Origin: Phycisphaera mikurensis NBRC 102666
GTDB lineage: Bacteria > Planctomycetota > Phycisphaerae > Phycisphaerales > Phycisphaeraceae
Direction of reading: 5' to 3'
DNA length: 32,000 bases
Assembly (NCBI RefSeq): GCF_000284115.1
Contig: NC_017080.1
Span: forward strand, 990,001-1,022,000
Shown piece after piece: positions 17,359 through 24,736 of the stretch. Both the position numbers and the translations under genes were made by a program. The first letter of the stretch is position 1. The number at the start of each line of letters is the position of its first letter. A model generated the notes under the pieces. That model was not told the origin of the DNA. It made no database searches and worked only from the letters and a program-made list of their open reading frames with translations.

Positions 17359-20070
17359 ATGAAACGTTCACGCCCGGAGAGCCCCGACCCGGCCAGCACG
17401 TGGAGCCTCGGGTGCCACGTCCCTCGGGGGGTGGCGGTCTCGCGACGCTCATCGCGCTCCTGCACCCCGCAAGCGGCGTGGCACCCGGCGTGTTCCCGCA
17501 ACGGCTTCTCCGAAAGAGCCTCTGCAATCCTCGGCCGGCTGTGCACGCTTTGCCTCGCCCTCTTCCCGCTCGCCACCTCCGCCGAGCCGGGTTCCACGCC
17601 GACCCGCCCGCTTGCCGAACTCCTCGGGGACGCCCGGCCGCTCGCGGCAACCACGGTGCAGGGGCTGGACCGGGCCGCGCTCCCGCTCCCGCCCGGAGCC
17701 CGCGGCGATCGGCTCACCCTCCGTCTCGCCGCGACCTTCCCGGCGTTCGAGAGCTTCGGCATGGTGATGGACCCGGAGGTCCCGCTGGAGCGTCTGAGCG
17801 AGCCCGAGCGGATGAGCGTCGCGGTGGCGTACGCCGACGGCCGCGTCGACGAGGCGGTGCCGTACGACGAGGCGGCGGGCGTCTTCGGCGTCGTCCGCGG
17901 GACGCGGGACTACGCGGTGGCGATCGATCCCGAAGCCGAGATCCAGAGCGTCGCCGTGATCGACCGCATGTCCACCGCCGCCTTCGCCGTGCTGGACGCG
18001 CAGGTGGCGGACGGGCCGCTGAAGCCGCGCGTCTCGCCGCCGTGGCTCCCGGCCGTGACGCCGGCCGAGCCCGCGTCCGTCACCGTCGGCTTCGACATCC
18101 ACGACGGGCTCCGCTGGGGCCGCATCGCCTCGGGCATGCTGCCGGCGGGCATCGACCTCTCGGGCCAGCCGGTCTTCACCATTGAACTCGAAGACGGCCG
18201 CACCGTGGGCTCCGACGCTTGGACCACGCAGCGCACCTGGACCGCGGGGACGACGCAGAACGTGGTGCTCGCATGGAGCGACGGCGGCGGGGCGGACCTG
18301 GAGGCCACCTTCTCGATCACCCGCGGCGAGGGCGACGGTGCCGAGCTGGCGCTGGCGATCGTCAACCGCGGGAGCGGGAGCCTGCTGGGCGACCTCCGCT
18401 TCCCGGTGCTCACCGGTGTGCGGCTGGGTGCCCCGGGCGAAACCTGGGGCTTCGCCTCGCGGACCGGCGGGGTCATCCACCCCGGCCCCTTCGCCTTCCG
18501 CGACGGCACCGGCGAGCGGCACCCGCTGCAGGTCGACGCCTTCTTCCACCCCGGTGCCGGCGTCACGCTGGCGCTGATGCCCCGCGACAAGAGCGGCCGC
18601 TTCCGCTTCTACGAGGTCGCGCTCGACGCGGACGGCGGCCGCTACGCCCTTGCCCACCCCACCAGCCGGCTGCACCCCGACGGCGTCTGGGACCCCGCCC
18701 CCGTGAAGGTGGCGTTGCTCCCGGGCGACTGGCGTGCGGCGCTGGCCGCCTACACCGACTGGACCGACACCTGGCGTCGCCCCGTCGCCGCGGAGGCGGC
18801 CCCCTGGTTCCGCCGCGGCTTCGACGTCCTCAGCGACAGCCCGGTGACCTGGCGGAAGAGCCGCGGGCTGGACGCCATGCTCGACTTCGGCCGCGTGATC
18901 GACGCGCAGGTCGACGAGATCGCGATCCTCCCCGACGTCTACCACGTCTTCGATTGGGCGAAGACCCCCGAGCACGGCCACTGGGGCGACTACGACAACT
19001 TCCAGAGCGTTGGCAGCCCCGAGCGTTTCGCCGCGTCGCTCGACGCGGTCCGCGAGAAGGGTGTGCGCGCGAGCGTCTACCTCGACGGCTTTCTCAGCTC
19101 CGACGCCGCCCGCCGACCCCGCGAGGAGGACCGGCTGGCCTGGGCGATCCGAACGCCCGACGGCGAGCCGAAGCAGTCTTTCGGCGACGCCAAGGCGATG
19201 AACCTGAACGAGCCGGGCTGGCGCCGCCACCTCGTAGAAACCTACACCCGGGCGTACCGGTCGCTCCGGCCCGACGCGATGTACGTCGACGAGATCGGCC
19301 GCTCGCTCGACAAGTACACGCACCACCCCGGCGACGGCAGCCGCGTGCGGATGTCCGCCGGCGAGGCCGACCTGCTCCGCGAGCTGCGGGAGGCGCTGCC
19401 CACCGACCTGCCGCTGTGGTCCGAGTTCACGCCCGCGGACGCCGCCTCGCAGTTCATCAACGGGAGCTTCAGCTACAACGCGCTGGTCGGGCACTTCGGC
19501 AACGACGCGTTCTGGAGCAGCGAGCCCGGAGAGGTGCCGAGCTACCAGACGCTCGCCCCGCACTTCATCAACCTCAACCGCTTCGCCTTCCCGGCGTTCA
19601 AGAGCTTCCACCTCGTCTCCTACCCGCACACCCGCAACGGCAACTGGACGCTCTACAAGGTGCCCTTCTTCAACGGCGACGGCTATTACCAGCCGGTGCG
19701 CGAATCGGAGTACATGGACGAGGCCTACCGGTCGTTCATCACCAAGGCCCTCGGCATCCTGCAGCGCAACGCCGACGTCTACGCCTCCGACGACGCGACG
19801 CCGCTGGTCCCGACCCGCATCCCCGGCGTCTACGCCAACCGCTTCGCCAGCGACGACGGGAAGACCGTGATCTACAACCTCTACAACGCGAACCACCACA
19901 CCGTCCGCGGCCCGGTGCTGGACGTCGCCGAGGCGGCCGGCTCCGTCGAGAACCTCTGGGACGACGCCACGGTCGACGAAGCCCCGGCCGCCGGCGGCGG
20001 CCGCACGCTCTCGCTGGCCCTCGGCCCCCGCGCCCTGGGCTGCCTGCGGATCAGCCCGCCGGCGGACTGA
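17359..20070 (+). CDS. Large exported protein with glycoside hydrolase-like architecture (DUF6259-like)
   Basis: LCTLCLALFPLATSAEPGSTP (signal-like, but about 55 residues inside the ATG-initiated ORF), VDEIAILPDVYHVFDWAKTPEHGHWGDYDNF, RPDAMYVDEIGRSLDKYTHHPGDGSR, LPLWSEFTPADAASQFINGSFSYN. Start codon uncertain; true start may be downstream of 17486. Confidence 0.65.
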   Translation: MKRSRPESPDPASTWSLGCHVPRGVAVSRRSSRSCTPQAAWHPACSRNGFSERASAILGRLCTLCLALFPLATSAEPGSTPTRPLAELLGDARPLAATTVQGLDRAALPLPPGARGDRLTLRLAATFPAFESFGMVMDPEVPLERLSEPERMSVAVAYADGRVDEAVPYDEAAGVFGVVRGTRDYAVAIDPEAEIQSVAVIDRMSTAAFAVLDAQVADGPLKPRVSPPWLPAVTPAEPASVTVGFDIHDGLRWGRIASGMLPAGIDLSGQPVFTIELEDGRTVGSDAWTTQRTWTAGTTQNVVLAWSDGGGADLEATFSITRGEGDGAELALAIVNRGSGSLLGDLRFPVLTGVRLGAPGETWGFASRTGGVIHPGPFAFRDGTGERHPLQVDAFFHPGAGVTLALMPRDKSGRFRFYEVALDADGGRYALAHPTSRLHPDGVWDPAPVKVALLPGDWRAALAAYTDWTDTWRRPVAAEAAPWFRRGFDVLSDSPVTWRKSRGLDAMLDFGRVIDAQVDEIAILPDVYHVFDWAKTPEHGHWGDYDNFQSVGSPERFAASLDAVREKGVRASVYLDGFLSSDAARRPREEDRLAWAIRTPDGEPKQSFGDAKAMNLNEPGWRRHLVETYTRAYRSLRPDAMYVDEIGRSLDKYTHHPGDGSRVRMSAGEADLLRELREALPTDLPLWSEFTPADAASQFINGSFSYNALVGHFGNDAFWSSEPGEVPSYQTLAPHFINLNRFAFPAFKSFHLVSYPHTRNGNWTLYKVPFFNGDGYYQPVRESEYMDEAYRSFITKALGILQRNADVYASDDATPLVPTRIPGVYANRFASDDGKTVIYNLYNANHHTVRGPVLDVAEAAGSVENLWDDATVDEAPAAGGGRTLSLALGPRALGCLRISPPAD
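17410..17486. repeat. Paired inverted copies of the GGGTGCCACG-type element
   Basis: GGGTGCCACGTCCCTCGGGGGGTGGCGG (17410-17437) and GCACCCCGCAAGCGGCGTGGCACCC (17462-17486). The latter is the exact reverse complement of the corresponding 25 nt of the copy at 1162-1188. Confidence 0.75.
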
Positions 20071-20073
20071 CCG

Positions 20074-20119
20074 CCGCGGACCGCGGCCCGACAAGGGGCA
20101 AATCCGCGACGGTCCGCGG
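20074..20119. repeat. CCGCGGACCG palindromic element, copy 5
   Basis: CCGCGGACCG (20074-20083) and CGGTCCGCGG (20110-20119), perfect arms with a 26-nt spacer, starting 4 nt after the 20070 stop. Confidence 0.85.
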
Positions 20120-20183
20120 ATGAGACACCGAGTCTGGCCGCTCGTTCAGCAGCCGCGCCATCCGCAACGCGGGCATCTTCTCC

Positions 20184-20508
20184 GGGTGCCACGCCCCTTG
20201 GGGGGTGCGAGCCGGAGCAGGCACCGGCACGCCGCCGTGCCCTCGGATGCGAGGTGACGGGGCTGGCGGTTCCCGCCAGCCCGCTCCCGCCGCGGCGGCG
20301 GGAGGCGCATCGAGCAGAGGCCGTCACGGCGTGCCGGTCCCACGGGGATGGCGTCCGGCCGGTTTCGTCGGCCCGTCGTCATCACACCCGGCACGATCCG
20401 TCGGACCTGGGCGACGCCGCGGCGTCAGCTGCGAAGCCGCGTCGCGTGGATCGCGGGGTGTCGATGTGGTGTCGATGGCCCGACCACCCCGCCTCCGGCG
20501 TGGCACCC
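20184..20508. repeat. Paired inverted copies of the GGGTGCCACG-type element, widely spaced
   Basis: GGGTGCCACGCCCCTTGGGGGGTGCG (20184-20209) and CCACCCCGCCTCCGGCGTGGCACCC (20484-20508). Confidence 0.6.
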
Positions 20509-20545
20509 CGCGGTGGAGGAGGTCTTGCGTTTCTGAAGATCCGCC

Positions 20546-21862
20546 TCAGGCCCCGCCCGCCGCCCGCGCTTCCCGGGCCTCGCGGTCTTCTTTCTCGCGG
20601 AGGTGCGCCTGCCGGCGGGCCTGGGCCTCGGCGAGGATGCGGTGGATCGGCTCGGGGCGGGTGCCCTCGCGGACGTGCCGCTTCACGCTGGCGAGGGCGT
20701 CGAGCATCATCTGCGGGACGTCGTCCTTCGCCCGCGTGGTGCGCTCGCCCTCCGGCCGCCACCAGTCGTGGGTCTCGGTCCACGTCCAGACGAAGTCATC
20801 CGCCTGCCGGGCGTGGTTGTAGAGGCTCGCCTCGGTGAAGGCGGGCCGGTCTTCCGGCTCCACGAAGCAGGGGAGCATCGTGTTGAAGAAGGGCTCGCCG
20901 GCGAAGTAGTCCGAGTCGGTGAAGAGGTCGGTGTAGAAGCCGTGTGCCCGCCGCCGCCGCTCGACGTACAGCGCCCGGTGCTCTTCATCGAGCAGCGTGT
21001 GCGCTTCGAATTGCGCCCGGCGGAAGCGGTGGAGGGTCTCGGGCGCGACGTTGTAGTAGCCGTTCTCGTTGCCGTCGACGATCTGCGTCCCCGGCGCGAT
21101 GCCGTCGAGCATGCCGTCGTAGAGCGCGGGCATCAGCGAGTCGGGATCGCCCACGATGACGTCGGCGCCGAGGCCGAAGATCATGACCAGCCGCATGCCG
21201 GGCAGCTCCGACTGCAGCGCCTCGATGAAGGTGCGGTAACGCTCCCGCACCTTCTGCTTCACCTGCTCCCGCGACTTGCCCGGGTACCGCTCGCTCGCGT
21301 AGGTGAAGGGGTCGCTGACGTAGGGCTCGGTGTCGAAGAAGAAGCCGACCATGCCCGCCGCCGCCGCCGCGCGGCTGAGCAGGCGGAGGTTGTGGTCGAT
21401 CGTCTCCCAGCGGGCGTCGTCGAAGTAGCCGGCCGGGTCGGGGACCTCCGCGTCGATCACGTCCGCCTGCAGCGGGATCATGCTGAAGGGGATGCCGGCG
21501 GCATCGAGGTCCAGGCGCTCCATGTCGCTCATCCCCACGTTCGCCTCCGTCCAGCGGCGATCGTCGAAGACGATCGGAAATTCATTGGCGCCGCGGTGGA
21601 AGCCGTCGCCGGTGGGGGTGATGGCGATGCCGTCGAAGTCGCGGGCCCGGAAGCGATCCGGGTGGTCCGCCACGTAGCCGGCGTGTGGTGTGCTCCAGCC
21701 GATCTCGAAGAAGAGCAGGTCGCGGGGCGCCAGCTCCGGATCCGCCACCGACTCGGGCTTGGGATCATCGGGCTTGCTTCCGGACACCTCGGCGATCGCG
21801 AGCGGAGCCGTGCAGGCCGCGGCGAGGGCGAGCGCGGCGAGAAGAGGAGAAGAAGGGGTCAT
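20546..21862 (-). CDS. Exported conserved protein, paralog A of a putative GH-like family
   Basis: Signal MTPSSPLLAALALAAACTAPLAIAE; PRDLLFFEIGWSTPHAGYVADHPDRF; GFFFDTEPYVSDP; IVDGNENGYYNVAPETLHRFRRAQFEAH; HGFYTDL; FVWTWTETHDWWRPEGERTTRAK. Confidence 0.9.
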   Translation of the reverse strand: MTPSSPLLAALALAAACTAPLAIAEVSGSKPDDPKPESVADPELAPRDLLFFEIGWSTPHAGYVADHPDRFRARDFDGIAITPTGDGFHRGANEFPIVFDDRRWTEANVGMSDMERLDLDAAGIPFSMIPLQADVIDAEVPDPAGYFDDARWETIDHNLRLLSRAAAAAGMVGFFFDTEPYVSDPFTYASERYPGKSREQVKQKVRERYRTFIEALQSELPGMRLVMIFGLGADVIVGDPDSLMPALYDGMLDGIAPGTQIVDGNENGYYNVAPETLHRFRRAQFEAHTLLDEEHRALYVERRRRAHGFYTDLFTDSDYFAGEPFFNTMLPCFVEPEDRPAFTEASLYNHARQADDFVWTWTETHDWWRPEGERTTRAKDDVPQMMLDALASVKRHVREGTRPEPIHRILAEAQARRQAHLREKEDREAREARAAGGA

Positions 21863-22019
21863 GGGACGGTTCCAGGGTGAGAAGACAGCGAACGAACGAA
21901 ACGGCCTCAGGTACGACGCCCGGTCATTGGCATGCGGTCGCGTGGCGGGCGTCGCGAGCGGGCGGGCGGGCGGGCGGGCGGGCAGGCGGGTGGTCGGGAG
22001 CCGGCTCGGAGCCGCGGGG

Positions 22020-23333
22020 TCAGTCGGAGCCGGGCCCGGCGGCTTCGGCGGCTTCGGCGGCCGCGACGAAGGCCGCCTGCCGCCGCACCGCCTCTTCCAG
22101 CACCTCCGGAGTCGGGTCGGGCCGGGTGCCCGCCCGCACGTGCTGCCGCACCTCGCGGATCGCCGACTCGAACCACGCGGGCGGCGTGAGCTTGGCGCGG
22201 GTGGTCCGCTCGCCCTCGGGCCGCCACCAGTCGTAGTCCTCGGTAAGGAACCACACGAGGTCCTCCGCCATGCGGGCGTGGTTGAACAGGTGGGCGACGG
22301 CGAAGGCGGGCCGGTCTTCGGGGTCGATGAAGCTCGCGAGGCGGCGCGTGAAGAAGAAGTCTTCGTAGAGCTCCGGCGCGACCACGAGGTCGGTGTAGAA
22401 CCCGTGGCCGGTGCCCCGATGGCGGATGTACGTTTCCCGGTTCTCCGGGGCGAGCCGCGCTTGTGCCTCCCGTTGCGCCCGGCGGAAGCGGTCGAGCGTG
22501 GCGGGCAGGGCGTGGTAGAAGCCGTTCTCGTTGCCGTCGACGATCCGCGTGCTCGGGCCGATCGCGTCCAGCCACCCGTCGTAGAAGGACGCGACGAGAT
22601 CGGTCTCGTCGGAGTCCAGATGCGTGGCGCAGAGGCCGAACATCGTCACCAGCTCGAACTCCGCCGTGCCCATCCCCTCCTGCAGGGCCGCGATCGCCTG
22701 CGCCCCACGCGCCCGCACTTTCGCTCGGACCTGGGCCAGGCTCCGACCCGGGAACGCCTCCCGGGTGTAGGCCCAGGGATCCGAGCCGTATGCCTCCTCG
22801 TTGAGGAAGAAGCCGCCGAAGCCCGCCTCGACCGCGGCCGAGGCGTAGAGCCGCAGGTTCGCCGTGATCGTCCCCCACCGCCGGTCGTCGAACCAGCCGA
22901 CCGGATCCACCGGTCCGCGGTCCTGCGTGCTGGCCTGCAGCGCGAGGAGGTGATGACCGGTCGCCCCGCCCGCCGCTCCAATCCGGCGGGCGGCTTCGAG
23001 CCCGACCGCGGCGGCGTCCCAGGGCCGGGCGTCGAAGAGCAGCGGGGTGCCGCTGGCGCCGCGGTGCCGATCGCCGGCGACCGGCTTGAACACCACGCCG
23101 TCGAAGGGCCGCGCCGCAAAGCGTTGCGGGTGGTCCACGAGCATCGCCAGCGGCGGGAGGTTCCAGCCGTACTCGAGGAAGCGGATGTCGCGGGGTGCGA
23201 GCTCCGGCTGTTCCGGCTGCTTCGCGTTGGACGCACAGGCCAGGAGCAGCAGCGTGGCGAGCAGGAAGCGGGCGCACCCGCGGTTTTCAAGCCGCGGTTG
23301 CGAGCCGCGGGGGCAGACTTCAGCCCTGTTCAT
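22020..23333 (-). CDS. Exported or lipoprotein-like conserved protein, paralog B of the same family (diverged)
   Basis: FLLATLLLLACASNAKQPEQPELAPRDIRFLEYGWNLPPLAMLVDHPQRF; GFFLNEEAYGSDP; IVDGNENGFYHALPATLDRFRRAQREAQ; HGFYTDL; DYDWWRPEGERTTRAK. LLAC could be a lipobox. Start codon uncertain. Confidence 0.85.
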   Translation of the reverse strand: MNRAEVCPRGSQPRLENRGCARFLLATLLLLACASNAKQPEQPELAPRDIRFLEYGWNLPPLAMLVDHPQRFAARPFDGVVFKPVAGDRHRGASGTPLLFDARPWDAAAVGLEAARRIGAAGGATGHHLLALQASTQDRGPVDPVGWFDDRRWGTITANLRLYASAAVEAGFGGFFLNEEAYGSDPWAYTREAFPGRSLAQVRAKVRARGAQAIAALQEGMGTAEFELVTMFGLCATHLDSDETDLVASFYDGWLDAIGPSTRIVDGNENGFYHALPATLDRFRRAQREAQARLAPENRETYIRHRGTGHGFYTDLVVAPELYEDFFFTRRLASFIDPEDRPAFAVAHLFNHARMAEDLVWFLTEDYDWWRPEGERTTRAKLTPPAWFESAIREVRQHVRAGTRPDPTPEVLEEAVRRQAAFVAAAEAAEAAGPGSD

Positions 23334-24639
23334 GGGCGCGCTCCTCCCGGGCCTCGCGGTCTTCTTTCTCGCGGAGGTGCACCTGCCGGCGGGCCTGGGC
23401 CTCGGCGAGGATCCGGTGGATCGGCTCGGGCCGGGTGCCCTCGCGGACGTGCCGCTTCACCGTCTTCATCGCCTCCACGAAGAAGGCGGGGACGTCGCTT
23501 TCGGCGCGGGTGGTCCGCTCGCCCTCGGGCCGCCACCAGTCGTGGGCCTCGGTCCAGGTCCAGACGAAGTCCTCGGCCTGGCGGGCGTTGTTGTAGAGGT
23601 GGTGGACGGTGAAAGCCGGCATGTCGTCGGGCTCCACGAAGCAGGCGAGCATGTTCTCGAAGAATGGCTCTTTGCTGAACCACGCCGGGTCGGTCATGAG
23701 GTCGGTGTAGAAGCCGTGCGCCCGCCGGCGACGCTCGACGTACAGGTCGCGGTGCTCCTCGGCGAGCAGCGTGTGCCCGTCGAACTGGGCCTGCCGGAAG
23801 CGGTCCAGCGTCGGGGCGGTCGCGTTGTAGTAGCCGTTCTCGTTGCCGTCGACGATCTGCACGCCCGGGCCGATCGCGTCGAGCATCCCGTCGTAGAAGC
23901 TCGGCATGAGGTCGTCGGGATCGTCCACCACCACGTTCGCGCACAGCCCGAAGATCATCACCAGCCGCATCCGCGGGACCTCGCTCTGCAGCGCGGCCAG
24001 GAAGGTGGCGCCACGCTCGCGGACCTTCGCCTTGGTCTCCTCGCGTGAGCGTCCCGGGTACAGCGCCTCGGACCACGTCCAGGGGTCGGCCGTGTACGAC
24101 TCGGTGTCGAAGAAGAAGCCCACGACGCCGGCCTCGCGAGCGGCGCGGCTGTAGAGCCGGAGATTGCGATCGATCGTCTCCCACGCCGCGTCGTCGAACC
24201 ACGCCCCGGGGTCGGTCTCGTCCAGGCGGCTGAAGTCGCTGGCCTGGAGGATCAGCATGCTGAAGGGCACGCCCGCCGCCTCGAGGTCGACCCGCTTCAT
24301 GTCCTCCATCGCGACGTGCTCGTCCGCCCACGGGCGGTCGTCGAACACGACCGGCACCTGGCTGGCGCCCTGGTGGAAGCCGTCGTCGGTGGGTCCGAAG
24401 ACCACGCCGTCGAAGGGTCGCGACGCGAAGCGCTCCGGGTGGTCCGCGAGGTACCCGGCGGTGGGGATGCCCCAGCCGAATTCGAGGAAACGCAGGTCAC
24501 GCGGTGCGTGCTCCGGCTCCTCCGGTGACGATGGCCGCGGGTCGTCGGGTTTGGAGCCCGCGCCCTCGGCGGACGCGGCGGTTGCCTGCAGCGTGCAGAG
24601 CAGGAGAAGAGGGAGCAGAAGCTTGCGGAGAGGATTCAT
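23320..24639 (-). CDS. Exported conserved protein, paralog C of the same family
   Basis: MNPLRKLLLPLLLLCTLQATAASAEGAGSKPDDPRPS...; PRDLRFLEFGWGIPTAGYLADHPERF; GFFFDTESYTADP; IVDGNENGYYNATAPTLDRFRQAQFDGH; FVWTWTEAHDWWRPEGERTTRAE. Overlaps paralog B start by 14 nt. Confidence 0.9.
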   Translation of the reverse strand: MNPLRKLLLPLLLLCTLQATAASAEGAGSKPDDPRPSSPEEPEHAPRDLRFLEFGWGIPTAGYLADHPERFASRPFDGVVFGPTDDGFHQGASQVPVVFDDRPWADEHVAMEDMKRVDLEAAGVPFSMLILQASDFSRLDETDPGAWFDDAAWETIDRNLRLYSRAAREAGVVGFFFDTESYTADPWTWSEALYPGRSREETKAKVRERGATFLAALQSEVPRMRLVMIFGLCANVVVDDPDDLMPSFYDGMLDAIGPGVQIVDGNENGYYNATAPTLDRFRQAQFDGHTLLAEEHRDLYVERRRRAHGFYTDLMTDPAWFSKEPFFENMLACFVEPDDMPAFTVHHLYNNARQAEDFVWTWTEAHDWWRPEGERTTRAESDVPAFFVEAMKTVKRHVREGTRPEPIHRILAEAQARRQVHLREKEDREAREERAHEQG

Positions 24640-24736
24640 GCGGAGCTGGAGGATGCGTCGGCCGGTCGATGGGTTCGACACACGACCCACGTGATTCTAT
24701 CATGCAGAACTTATCGTTCTCGGTGAAGGCCCACTC

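Noticed and set aside
17449-20094. 881-aa minus-strand ORF
   Set aside because: Complement of the well-supported exported GH-like gene. Val/Gly/Arg-rich translation with no recognisable motif.
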